A DNA stretch of 62,053 bases, counting the filler. It is 4 parts of 4 records of this genome, joined end to end, with 100 filler letters (N's around TTAATTAATTAA, not from the genome) between each part and the next. Parts side by side here need not be neighbours in the genome. Positions count along the whole stretch, not along the records: positions 32,210 to 56,513 come from DRR723986_5812; 3 more parts are not named here. One strand, 5' to 3'. Below are positions 39,237 to 48,418 of the stretch, piece by piece (positions within the stretch are counted from its first letter, which is position 1; each line of letters opens with the position of its first letter). The translations under genes were made by a program, and so were the position numbers. The notes below the pieces were generated by a model. That model did no database searches. It had not been told where the DNA came from and saw nothing but the letters and a program-made list of their open reading frames with translations.

Positions 39237-39899
39237 ATGCACAAGGCGACCATTCTCAAGATCGACCAGGTCACTCACGATGTGAAACGCTTCCGTCTTG
39301 TCGAGCCTGAAGGGTTCGACTTCAAGGTCGGTGACGCGACAGAGATTGCGCTCGATGAAGTCGGTTGGCGGGACGAGACTCGCCCCTTCACCATGACGTC
39401 CTTGCCCGAAGAGCGAACTCTCGAATTCACCATCAAGGGATACCCCGATCATGACGGGGTTACGGAGCGCCTTCACAAGCTGAAGGAGGGCGACCACGTG
39501 CTGATCGCCGATCCGTTCAAGACTTTCCGCTATGACGAGCCGGGTGTGTTCATTGCCGGCGGCGCCGGCATCACGCCGTTCCTTGCGATATTCCGGGACC
39601 TGGAGAAGAAGGGAAAGCTGAACGGCAACCAGCTGATCTTTGCCAACAAGACCTCGGAGGACATTATCTACCGCAAGGAACTTGAGGCTATGGACGGCCT
39701 GAAGATCGATCACGTTCTGTCAGACGAAGACACGGCCGGCAGCCACCACGGCATGATCGACGCGGACATGATCAAGGAATTCGTGCCTGATCTGGACCGC
39801 CGCTTCTACCTTTGCGGACCGCCGCCCATGATGGAGGCGGTTCAGGAAGTGCTCGAGGAACTTGGCGTCAAGGCGGACTCTGTGGAATTCAGCGACTAG
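39237..39899 (+). CDS. Ferredoxin-NADP reductase-like FAD-binding oxidoreductase
   Basis: RPFTMTS, IAGGAGITPF, YLCGPPPM; AGGAG RBS. Confidence 0.85.
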   Translation: MHKATILKIDQVTHDVKRFRLVEPEGFDFKVGDATEIALDEVGWRDETRPFTMTSLPEERTLEFTIKGYPDHDGVTERLHKLKEGDHVLIADPFKTFRYDEPGVFIAGGAGITPFLAIFRDLEKKGKLNGNQLIFANKTSEDIIYRKELEAMDGLKIDHVLSDEDTAGSHHGMIDADMIKEFVPDLDRRFYLCGPPPMMEAVQEVLEELGVKADSVEFSD

Positions 39900-40023
39900 C
39901 GCAGGCGTGGCGGGTCTGCTCCCTCAGCTGAGCCACCTTGGCGACTGGCAAACCAGTCAAAGCCCAGCGGAGACCCGGGCCTCGGGCCTCCGCCGCCTGT
40001 ACTGCGGAGCAAATCGCTTCCCC

Positions 40024-40596
40024 TCACCGTAAATCCTTGAAGAACACGGTTGTCGCGTCCAGATGGCCGTGGCTGTTATAGGCGTAGTCCGGAATGACGC
40101 CGACCTTCTGGTATCCGCAAGTCGGGTAGAGCTTTTCCGCCCGATCTCCGGTGACCGTATCCAGCACCAGCATCCAGCGGTTCTCGGAACGTGCAAGGCC
40201 ATCGATGGCCGACATGAGCTTTCTGGCAAGTCCCTTGCGCCGATGTTCCGGATGAACCATCAGCTTGGCGACGTCCGCCCGATGGGGCTGGTTGTCGGCT
40301 CCTGCCTTCACAAGCATCACCACTCCCGCGATGTCCGCCCCTTGATGCGCGGCAAGCAGAAAAGCCTCCCCACTTTCGATGGCGGGCAGCTTGCTCGCCC
40401 AGAAGGCTTCCGCCTTGTCCTGCGGCATCGGCAACAGGAAGCCGATCCCTGCACCATCTTCGACACATGCTTTCAAAATCTGCCCCAGGGCGGGAAGCGA
40501 CCTGCGCACCTCATCTGCGGTCAACAGACCGACGGGGGCTTCAGGCGTGAACGGCTGGACTTGCAGAGGACCGGTCTCGGTAACGGGAAGTGTCAT
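40024..40596 (-). CDS. GNAT acetyltransferase (Ttr-like)
   Basis: NQPHRADVAKLMVHP..RRKGLAR, LVLDTVTG, G.IPDYA. Confidence 0.88.
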   Translation of the reverse strand: MTLPVTETGPLQVQPFTPEAPVGLLTADEVRRSLPALGQILKACVEDGAGIGFLLPMPQDKAEAFWASKLPAIESGEAFLLAAHQGADIAGVVMLVKAGADNQPHRADVAKLMVHPEHRRKGLARKLMSAIDGLARSENRWMLVLDTVTGDRAEKLYPTCGYQKVGVIPDYAYNSHGHLDATTVFFKDLR

Positions 40597-41150
40597 GGCG
40601 TGATCACCGTCAGGAAATAGCGTGCCGAAACCGGTCCAGACGCGTGGTAACTGTTGGGGGCGTTGAGACGAAACCGCAGGGCATCACCAGGCTCCAGGTC
40701 GTAGACATCCGGGCCAATGACCATCCTCAGGCTCCCCTCCAGAAGCACAAGTTGATGCTCCAGATCCGGAACCGGCGGAGCGGCATAGGCAACGGTGGCA
40801 CCCGGGGGAATGCAACCTTCGATCATGGCCCCGCGATACCCGCTTGCTGCAGGCGTTAATGTGCGGCGGACATAACCTGTCTCCGGGTCCGTCCAGACGG
40901 CCTGCACGTCCCGAGGAACAAGGTGCTCGATCGTAGCGGAGGCTGCTCCGAATAGTTCGGCCATTGAGAGGCCGAATACCGCGGCAAGTTTTCCGAGAAC
41001 GCTTGCGGTCGGGCTGGTATCGCCGCGCTCGATCCGCGACAGGGTGGCCCGGCTGATACCGGTGCGTTCGGCCAGATCTTCCAGTGGCCAGTTTCTGGCC
41101 CGTCGCAGCTCGGTCAGCCGCCGGGCAAGATCTTGATCAAGGTTCGACAT
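40593..41150 (-). CDS. XRE-family HTH plus cupin regulator
   Basis: LEDLAERTGISRATLSRIERGDTSPT; LEPGDALRF cupin. Confidence 0.9.
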   Translation of the reverse strand: MSNLDQDLARRLTELRRARNWPLEDLAERTGISRATLSRIERGDTSPTASVLGKLAAVFGLSMAELFGAASATIEHLVPRDVQAVWTDPETGYVRRTLTPAASGYRGAMIEGCIPPGATVAYAAPPVPDLEHQLVLLEGSLRMVIGPDVYDLEPGDALRFRLNAPNSYHASGPVSARYFLTVITP

Positions 41151-41155
41151 CAAAA

Positions 41156-41191
41156 AATCCCATAAATGAGAATTTTCTCATATATGGGATT
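41156..41191. promoter_or_regulatory. Palindromic operator of the XRE-cupin gene
   Basis: AATCCCATAAATGAGAA-TT-TTCTCATATATGGGATT: 17-bp arms, one mismatch, directly upstream of the ATG. Confidence 0.7.
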
Positions 41192-41242
41192 CTTCATTTT
41201 ACAAAGCTCAAAGAATGAGCAGTGTCTGACGGTCTTTTAGTT

Positions 41243-42505
41243 TCACACCTTCGAGAACACCGCGCTGGCGTTCACACCGCCGAAACCAAAGCCATTGGTG
41301 AGGATGTGGTTGACGTCACGAGCAATGGCCTTGCCGGGAATCATTTCGAACCGGCTCATGGCCTCGTCGGCCGCTTCCAGATTGCGGGAAGGCGGCAGCA
41401 GACCGCTCATCAGGGCCTTGACGCAAGCGATTGCCTCCACGGCTCCCGCGGCCCCCAGCAGGTGGCCGAACATCGACTTTGACGAGGACACCGCAAGGTC
41501 TTTGCCACGGTTTTCGAAAAGCGTTGTCAATGCAGCAATTTCGGCAGCATCGCCGACGGGCGTCGATGTGGAGTGCGCATTGACGTAACCGATTTCACCG
41601 GGCGAGAGATTGGCCGTCGACAAGGCCTGCCGCATTGCCCGCAGACCACCCTCACCGTCCGGCGAAGACGCGGTAACGTGATAGGCGTCGGCACTGGTGC
41701 CGTAACCGGCCAACTCGGCCAGGATCGTCGCACCGCGGGCTGTCGCGTGGTCACGGTCTTCCAGGATCAGGATGCCAGCGCCTTCGCCCATGATGAAGCC
41801 GTCACGGTCCTGGTCAAATGGCCGGGACGCATGGGCCGGATCGCCATTGCGTTTGGAGGACATGGCCTTCGCGGCACAGAACCCGGCGTAGGAAACCTTG
41901 TCGATACAGGCTTCTGACCCGCCTGCCACCATCACGTCGGCTTCTCCCGAACGGATAATACGGGCGGCATCGCCCAGGGCCTGAAGGCTGGCGGCACAGG
42001 CAGTCACCGGCGCGCCAATCGGCCCCTTGAGGCCATGCCGGATGGAGACCTGCCCGGCAGCCAGGTTGGCCAGGAACGACGGCACCAGAAAAGGCGACGC
42101 GCGGCGGGGGCCTTTTTCGTCCACCAGCCGCGTACCGGCGGTCATGGCCGGAAACCCGCCAACCCCGGTCGCGATGATCGTGCCTGTGCGTTCCTTGTCC
42201 CTGTCGGACTTCGGCTCCCAACCCGCATGGGCCAGCGCTTCCTGAACCGCCCCCATGGCAAAATGGATGAACCGGTCAGAGCGGCGCTGTTCGCGCGGAT
42301 CCATCACTGCATCGACATCAAAGCCATGCGCGTCTTCTGCTTTCGAAGGAACCTCGCCTGCAATCTGGCAAGCCAGCTCACCTGCATCGAAGTGGGTGAT
42401 CTGGCGAATGCCGTTGCTCCCGTCTTTCACCCGGTTCCAGAAGGCATCTACCCCGGTGCCCAGCGGGGAAACGATCCCCAGTCCCGTCACGACCACACGT
42501 CGCAT
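41243..42505 (-). CDS. fabF: Beta-ketoacyl-ACP synthase II (additional copy)
   Basis: MRRVVVTGLG, TACAAS, NAHSTST, GHLLGAAG, NGFGFGG. Confidence 0.92.
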   Translation of the reverse strand: MRRVVVTGLGIVSPLGTGVDAFWNRVKDGSNGIRQITHFDAGELACQIAGEVPSKAEDAHGFDVDAVMDPREQRRSDRFIHFAMGAVQEALAHAGWEPKSDRDKERTGTIIATGVGGFPAMTAGTRLVDEKGPRRASPFLVPSFLANLAAGQVSIRHGLKGPIGAPVTACAASLQALGDAARIIRSGEADVMVAGGSEACIDKVSYAGFCAAKAMSSKRNGDPAHASRPFDQDRDGFIMGEGAGILILEDRDHATARGATILAELAGYGTSADAYHVTASSPDGEGGLRAMRQALSTANLSPGEIGYVNAHSTSTPVGDAAEIAALTTLFENRGKDLAVSSSKSMFGHLLGAAGAVEAIACVKALMSGLLPPSRNLEAADEAMSRFEMIPGKAIARDVNHILTNGFGFGGVNASAVFSKV

Positions 42506-42605
42506 GTCTTACCTCACATTGGTTTGCCAGCGCCCCCGCCCCGGCAGTTAAGATGTGTCGAGGCGGTTTGCCAGTCCGCCCGAAATGGAAATCCTTTTTG
42601 CCCGG

Positions 42606-43025
42606 CTATAGCTCCGAGAGCCGTTTCAGGGTGTCGATGGCACGCAGAAATTCATCGCTGCCGAGATGTCCCTTCACGTCTGCCTGGGCCTGCCGCCACA
42701 ACGGGACGGCAGTATCAAGAAGCTCCGCACCCTTCGGGGTCAGCCGATACTGTTTGCTGCGGCCGTCCCGGACGGGTTGCGATGCGACCAGCCCCTTGCG
42801 CTCCAGAAGAGCGACATTGCGCACCAGTGTCGTTCGTTCCATGGACAGCCGCTTGGCCAGTGCTGCCGTCGTCACGCCTTCGTATTTTCGGATCGAAACA
42901 AGAACGGAGAACTGACCAGCCGTCATGCCAACCTGCCGCGCCAGCTTGTCGTAGTGCCGGCTGACGGCACGTGCGGCCTTGCGCGCGTTGTCGAGAACGC
43001 AGAGCGAGAAATCGTCTTCTTCCAT
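42606..43025 (-). CDS. MarR-family regulator
   Basis: C...ARKAARAVSRHYD, QFSVL, MERTTL.RN...L, LTPKG. Confidence 0.88.
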   Translation of the reverse strand: MEEDDFSLCVLDNARKAARAVSRHYDKLARQVGMTAGQFSVLVSIRKYEGVTTAALAKRLSMERTTLVRNVALLERKGLVASQPVRDGRSKQYRLTPKGAELLDTAVPLWRQAQADVKGHLGSDEFLRAIDTLKRLSEL

Positions 43026-43035
43026 GCGGGCTTTG

Positions 43036-43049
43036 TGTGCATATACACA
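43036..43049. promoter_or_regulatory. Candidate MarR operator
   Basis: TGTGCATATACACA near-palindrome (12/14) just upstream of the MarR start. Confidence 0.55.
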
Positions 43050-43167
43050 TCAAAAGTCAAGTCACAGTCGAACGATCCCCTTCCCGGGCAATTTGTCATC
43101 AGGATATTGCGTTTATTTGCAAAGGGGTTACGGTCAACAACGGCAACCGGAGCGTGAGGAGGTCAAA

Positions 43168-43731
43168 ATGACAGATGCTGTTCAGGCCGTAGAGAATATG
43201 AGAAGAAAGATCCAGGACAACTGGGGCTGGTTTCTGGCGCTCGGCATTGCGCTGGTCATAGGTGGCATCATCCTGATCGCCGCTCCCCTGGCAACGTCGA
43301 TTGCCGTGACGATCCTGATCGCGGCCGTGCTATTCGTCGGCGGCCTGGTTCAGATCTACAATTCCTTCAAGACCCATGGTACCGCCAGTTTCCTCTGGAA
43401 CCTGATCACCGGCATTATCGCTGTCATCGGCGGGATCGTGATTTATGTGAACCCGCTCGCGGGAACCATCGCGCTGACACTGGTGATTGCCGCCATCTTC
43501 GTGGCGCAGGGCATCAGCCAGATCCTGCTGGCCTTCAAACTGAAGCCGCATGACGGCTGGGTCTGGGTGCTGATCGCAGGGCTCGTGTCCCTGGTGGCCG
43601 GTGCCATGATCTGGCTGGAGCTGCCGAGTTCGGCCGCCTGGGCGCTTGGCCTACTGGCCGGCATTTCGGTGCTGATCAACGGCTGGAGCTACATCGCCAT
43701 TGCCCTTGCAGCCAAGGCATCCAAGAACTGA
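43168..43731 (+). CDS. HdeD (DUF308) family membrane protein
   Basis: WGWFLALGIAL..GG, GWVWVL..G, WALGLLAGI; GAGGAGG RBS. Confidence 0.85.
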   Translation: MTDAVQAVENMRRKIQDNWGWFLALGIALVIGGIILIAAPLATSIAVTILIAAVLFVGGLVQIYNSFKTHGTASFLWNLITGIIAVIGGIVIYVNPLAGTIALTLVIAAIFVAQGISQILLAFKLKPHDGWVWVLIAGLVSLVAGAMIWLELPSSAAWALGLLAGISVLINGWSYIAIALAAKASKN

Positions 43732-43754
43732 ACCTGAATTTATTTGAGATGACT

Positions 43755-43792
43755 GGCACCCGGCAGAATTTCATTTGCCGGGTGCTTTTTTT
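43755..43792 (+). terminator. Rho-independent terminator
   Basis: GCACCCGGCA...TGCCGGGTGC-TTTTTTT. Confidence 0.85.
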
Positions 43793-43986
43793 GATGTAGC
43801 GTTTTTCAGGTTCAACAGCAGGCATCGCCTGCGTTCAGGCTGTTCCGTGGATGGTTTCTGTTCTCGGCCGCAACGGCGGCAATCCGCATAACAAGGCCTA
43901 TTGGTGGTGGCCGCCCCCGCCGACCGTTGATGTTTGCCGGCTCTTGCCGGCGTCTTTCCCCTCCAAGACATCAACGGATTTTAGAA

Positions 43987-45105
43987 ATGACGAACGTGAC
44001 CTTGCGCGGTGAAGACCGCATGCTTTCTGTCGCCTGGACCGATGGCACCAGCACCGACTTTCCCTTCATCTGGCTTCGCGACAACTGCCCGAGCGGGTTT
44101 CATCCGCAAACGCAGGAACGCCAGTTCGACCTGACCGGCATTGCGGTGGATATTTCCATCGCGAAGATCGAACAGGATGCGGATGAAATTATTCTAACCT
44201 GGTCCGGCGACGGCCATGTCAGCCGCTACAGGGCCGACTGGCTGTTCGATCACCGGCCAGGGGTCGGACTTGCCGATCCAGCCGAGATCGAACCTGCGCT
44301 GTGGCGCGGTGATCTCGCCCCGGAAAGCCTTCCGCGAGCGGCGGCCGCCGACTTGATGGTCAACGACGATCTCCTTCTCGCTTTCCTGATCGAAGCCAAG
44401 AAAACCGGCCTTGCTCTTGTCGACGGCATGGCTGACGACGTGGAGGCAGGTGTCGATGTCGCCCGCAGGATCGGTTTTCTTCGGGAGACCAATTTCGGCA
44501 CGACGTTTGAGGTCATTTCCAAACCGAACCCGAATAACCTGGCCTATACGTCCCATGCCCTTCCTTTGCATACGGACCTGGCCAATCAGGAACTGCCACC
44601 AGGCTTCCAGTTCCTGCATTGTCTTGCCAATGAAGCAGAAGGTGGCGGTTCGACCTTTTGTGACGGCTTCGCGATTGCGGACGATCTCGCCCGTCTCGAT
44701 CCGGAGGCCTTCCGGCTCCTTGCCGAGACGCCGGTGCCCTTTCGCTTTCACGACGAGGACTACGACATCCGCCGCCATCACACGGTGATCGAACTCGATC
44801 TGTTCGCACGCGTGCAGGAGCTCCATTTCAACGCTCATCTCGCCGGGATCTTCGATCTGCCGGCCGATCGAATGGAAGCTTATTACGGGGCGTATCGCAC
44901 CTTGATGCAGATGACCCGATCAAGGAATTACGTCATCACCACACGGCTGAAAGGCGGAGAGATGGTGATCTTTGACAATCGGCGGGTCCTGCATGGCCGA
45001 GCCGCTTTCGACCCTGGCACCGGGTTCCGCCATCTGCGCGGCTGTTATGTTGACCGCGGCGAATTCGACAGCCGCATACGAGTCCTCAGCCGAAAAAGAA
45101 ATTAA
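43987..45105 (+). CDS. Gamma-butyrobetaine hydroxylase-like Fe(II)/2OG dioxygenase (TauD family)
   Basis: WLRDNC N-terminal domain, NLAYT..LPLHTD, DGF, DNRRVLHGR, LRGCY. Confidence 0.85.
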   Translation: MTNVTLRGEDRMLSVAWTDGTSTDFPFIWLRDNCPSGFHPQTQERQFDLTGIAVDISIAKIEQDADEIILTWSGDGHVSRYRADWLFDHRPGVGLADPAEIEPALWRGDLAPESLPRAAAADLMVNDDLLLAFLIEAKKTGLALVDGMADDVEAGVDVARRIGFLRETNFGTTFEVISKPNPNNLAYTSHALPLHTDLANQELPPGFQFLHCLANEAEGGGSTFCDGFAIADDLARLDPEAFRLLAETPVPFRFHDEDYDIRRHHTVIELDLFARVQELHFNAHLAGIFDLPADRMEAYYGAYRTLMQMTRSRNYVITTRLKGGEMVIFDNRRVLHGRAAFDPGTGFRHLRGCYVDRGEFDSRIRVLSRKRN

Positions 45106-45120
45106 GGGTCTCATAGTCAA

Positions 45121-45146
45121 GAGCGCCCGAACATGTCCGGGCGCTC
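45121..45146. terminator. Hairpin between convergent genes
   Basis: GAGCGCCCG-N8-CGGGCGCTC. Confidence 0.55.
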
Positions 45147-45186
45147 TCCAGTTCTTTACACCTTCCGGTGCTTTTCACACCGATGA

Positions 45187-45924
45187 TCAGCGAGGCTCCC
45201 TGGCAAGACCCTTGCCGAGGATGGGGCCGGTCGGCAACCCGGTGGGAGAGCCTCCCGGCTGTTCGAAGGTGATTTCATAAAGCTGGTCAGGCTTGGGAAC
45301 CGGCAACCCGGCAGCTTGCAGGATCGTTTGTTTGGGCTCATCGAAGATGCCCAGGGAAACCGGCGGCCCATCCGGATCCGGTTTGGTCCAGAGCTGAAGG
45401 ATCGTTCCTGCCGGAACATCGGTCTGCCCCAGAAGCGTGACCTGGGTCGCGTTGTTCTCAGCCCCTTCGATCATCGCAACAGGCTGCCCGGCATCGTTGA
45501 CAAGCACGGCAATCACCTGCGGTTCAACTGTCGTCATCAGGTTCCAGACAAGCGCGATGGCAAGTACGAGGCTCGCTGCCAGGCTGGCTGCCGCCGTCCA
45601 CATCATTGGCCTGCTGCGCTTTTCTCTCTCGGACTTGAGATCCACCGGCGCTTCAATACGACTGTCTTTCGTCTCGGGAGCGGCAATACTCTCTTCCACC
45701 GCGTCCAGACGCCTTTCAACGCGATGCCAAAGGCTCTCCGGCACGGCTTCACGGGGCGTCGCGGCGTCCAGAGCGGCGAACCGCTGACGGGCAAGTTCCA
45801 CGAGAACGGCCAATTCCGGCTCCTTCATCAGGCGATCTTCCACTTCGCGCTGTTCTTCTGGGTCGCACAGGCCAATGACGAATTCGTCGGCAAGTTCAGC
45901 AAGATTTCGGCGGGCCGTTCTCAT
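45187..45924 (-). CDS. RskA-type membrane anti-sigma factor
   Basis: LADEFVIG, VPESLW..V, single TM, QLW, EITFEQPGGSPTGLPTGP; ATGA overlap with the sigma gene. Confidence 0.88.
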   Translation of the reverse strand: MRTARRNLAELADEFVIGLCDPEEQREVEDRLMKEPELAVLVELARQRFAALDAATPREAVPESLWHRVERRLDAVEESIAAPETKDSRIEAPVDLKSEREKRSRPMMWTAAASLAASLVLAIALVWNLMTTVEPQVIAVLVNDAGQPVAMIEGAENNATQVTLLGQTDVPAGTILQLWTKPDPDGPPVSLGIFDEPKQTILQAAGLPVPKPDQLYEITFEQPGGSPTGLPTGPILGKGLAREPR

Positions 45925-46469
45925 GACATGCACTCCCGCAAGGAAGTCAGGCCACGGCGCACCCACGCCTTTACCGTTCCAAGAGGGGCCGACAGCCGGC
46001 CGGCAATTTCACCGTGGGTGTAGCCCCAGATATAGGACATCAGCACGGCACTGCGCTTTTCCGTTTCCAGTCGTCCGAGACAACGGCGCAACTCGCTGTC
46101 ATGGCCCAGCATTTCCCACGCCTCGTTCAGTTCGCTGCCGTCGATCTGGCGTTCCAGCTTGTCGTCATCGGTTGCCGCTTCCCGGGCCCCGTCACGAAGC
46201 ATGTTCAAGGTCCTGTTCCGCAGAACGGCGAAGATCCACGCGCGTCCGGATCCCTTCGCAGGATCAAACTGGGAAGCCTTGCGCCAGATCAGGACCAACG
46301 CATCCTGGAGGGCATCTTCAGCAAGGTCCTGCCGGCGCAACATGCGCTTGGCAATGCCCAGCATCTTGGGGCCTTCCAGTTCCAGGATCTGTCGCAGGGC
46401 CTGCCGGTCCTTGCGTGCACAGGCGGCCAGTAGGGCCGCGTGATCCACTTCGCTTACGCTTTCCGGCAT
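45921..46469 (-). CDS. ECF RNA polymerase sigma factor (SigK-like)
   Basis: AEDALQD..V.IW.KA..FD, WIFAV.RN, GYTHGEIA..L..PLGTVKAW.RR. Confidence 0.92.
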   Translation of the reverse strand: MPESVSEVDHAALLAACARKDRQALRQILELEGPKMLGIAKRMLRRQDLAEDALQDALVLIWRKASQFDPAKGSGRAWIFAVLRNRTLNMLRDGAREAATDDDKLERQIDGSELNEAWEMLGHDSELRRCLGRLETEKRSAVLMSYIWGYTHGEIAGRLSAPLGTVKAWVRRGLTSLRECMS

Positions 46470-46519
46470 ATCCAGCACGTTGGTCTCACTTGTTCAATCT
46501 CACCAGGGCTCCTGACTGC

Positions 46520-46545
46520 TACGCATCAGAAGCGTTGCCGGACCA
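46520..46545 (-). promoter_or_regulatory. Putative ECF autoregulatory promoter
   Basis: TGGTCC-N15-GCGTA on minus strand upstream of the sigma gene. Confidence 0.5.
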
Positions 46546-46562
46546 GTCGTACCGGTAAGGGA

Positions 46563-46600
46563 CCGGAGCAGCCTGGGGTGGGTGGTCCAGGCTGCTCCGG
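46563..46600. terminator. Strong hairpin between the DUF4394 gene and the sigma promoter
   Basis: CCGGAGCAGCCTGG-N10-CCAGGCTGCTCCGG. Confidence 0.55.
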
Positions 46601-46704
46601 CAATCGGCTTTGCGAACCAGGTGGGACGGGGCCGCAAAGCCCAGAGCATCCTTGTTCATTCAGCGGGCTGAAGATGCTCTGTCAGTATGTGTTTTGGATG
46701 GGGC

Positions 46705-47493
46705 TTACATCGCGGTCATGAACGTGATGTCGCGCAGCGGCCATTCCAGGCCACCCAGTTCCCAGCTATCGGTCACCTTGCCGGTTTCCAGCGAAACGGT
46801 GTGCAGCCACGTGCCGGTCGCCAGCCAGGCCTTGTTGTTGCCTTCCGCGTCGGTGGCGACATCAAAGGCGTAGGTTTCGGCAGCGTCCACACCCAGTTTG
46901 CCAACGGCCGCAAGGGTGCCATCGTTCGGTGAAGTCTGACGGATGACGGCACCAATGGTCGCGTCGATGTCATACATCGCTGTCGTTTCCGGCTGGCCAT
47001 AGGAGTTGATGTAGGCGGCAGCAACGATGTTCGGCGCTTCGCCCGCATGCATGTCCTTTTCCTCAAAGGCCAGGCTGCCGTCGACGGTCACCTTGCCGCT
47101 TTCGATATCAACCCGGTGGTTGGTCACACCGGTCATGAAGCGCAACTTGTTGGCCTTGGGGTTGAAGTCGACGATGACAGGCTGCCCGTCTTTCAGCGGC
47201 AGCATCTTGTCCATCTTGGAAATCACCGTTGCCGCACCGGTCTTCGGATCAATCTCGACGATTTCATGAGCGCCGCTGACGCCGATCAGCTGCCCCGTCG
47301 CCGGCCGCAGGTCAATACCGAGCAGGCTGTCGACACCGGAAACTTCCATCGTGTCGGTGACCTTGCCGGAATTGCTGTCGATCACCACCAGGGTCTTTTC
47401 ACCGGCAAGACCGATCGCAGGGGTCGCGTGAGCAGCGCCAGCGGCAAGAACAAGGGCGGATGCTGTCAAAAGGCTACGTGCAATAAGGGGCAT
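46705..47493 (-). CDS. Secreted DUF4394 domain protein
   Basis: Signal peptide; LLGIDLRPATG.L, VDFNP.A..LR, AAAY.NS, MYDID, PNDGTL..VG.LG. Confidence 0.8.
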   Translation of the reverse strand: MPLIARSLLTASALVLAAGAAHATPAIGLAGEKTLVVIDSNSGKVTDTMEVSGVDSLLGIDLRPATGQLIGVSGAHEIVEIDPKTGAATVISKMDKMLPLKDGQPVIVDFNPKANKLRFMTGVTNHRVDIESGKVTVDGSLAFEEKDMHAGEAPNIVAAAYINSYGQPETTAMYDIDATIGAVIRQTSPNDGTLAAVGKLGVDAAETYAFDVATDAEGNNKAWLATGTWLHTVSLETGKVTDSWELGGLEWPLRDITFMTAM

Positions 47494-47712
47494 TTCAGAT
47501 CTCCGTCTTTCAAAGGCAGGAGGCATCGGATTGGCCTCACTTCCCGGAAACACGGCAGATCGAATTTTGGATGCAGCAGGGGGAATTTTTTTGGAATTTT
47601 TCAGAAATTGGCGGTCAGTTGAAATATAAGCGCCTGAATTTATTGAACTTAAGAGAGAAACCTCTCAACACAAAAAATTCCTGGTTCGCAGCAGAAACAG
47701 GATACCGTGACC

Positions 47713-48417
47713 TCATCCGGCTTCGAAAATGCGTGTCTTTTCTTCTTCGGACAGCACTTTCCATTTGCCCTCTTCGAGACCTTCCAGACCGAGGCCGCCG
47801 ATGTGACTGCGGGTCAAGTCGGTGACATGATTGCCCGTTGCTGCAAACATGCGGCGTACCTGGTGATACCGGCCTTCATGCAGGGTCAGCCGGGCATGGG
47901 TTTCGTCCAGAACCTGAAGCTCCGCCGGCTTCAGCGGCTTGTCTTCACTTTCCAGCATCATGTCGCCGGAGGCAAACAGCGCGCCTTCGTCGCCCTTCAT
48001 CGGGCGGTCGAGTGCCACTTCGTAAATCTTGGGAACTTCGGACTTCGGCGAGATGACACGATGAAGGAATGTGCCGTCGTCGGTAAACAGCAAGGCACCG
48101 GAAGTTTCCTTGTCCAGCCGACCGATGGTGGACAGAACCGGCTTGCGCATGCGGAACCTGTCCGGCAACAGGTCATAGACCAGCCGGCCCTGATCCTTGA
48201 TGGAGCAGGTGTAGCCAAGCGGCTTGTTCATCAGGATCACCACCCCGTGTGCGGGGTCGAGCGGTTCATCGTCGAAGAGGATGTCCTCGTGAGCGGTCTT
48301 GGCATCCGCCTTCAAACGGCTGCCCTCGCGGTCTGTGAGCCACCCGTTGCGGATGGCGACCTGCATTTCCTTCCGGCTGCCATAGCCGAGATTGGCAAGG
48401 AGTTTTACAAGACGCAT
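47713..48417 (-). CDS. rsuA: 16S rRNA pseudouridine synthase RsuA family
   Basis: S4-like MRL.K.LANLGYGSR, GRLD catalytic motif, EGRYHQVRRMF. Confidence 0.88.
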   Translation of the reverse strand: MRLVKLLANLGYGSRKEMQVAIRNGWLTDREGSRLKADAKTAHEDILFDDEPLDPAHGVVILMNKPLGYTCSIKDQGRLVYDLLPDRFRMRKPVLSTIGRLDKETSGALLFTDDGTFLHRVISPKSEVPKIYEVALDRPMKGDEGALFASGDMMLESEDKPLKPAELQVLDETHARLTLHEGRYHQVRRMFAATGNHVTDLTRSHIGGLGLEGLEEGKWKVLSEEEKTRIFEAG

Positions 48418-48418
48418 C

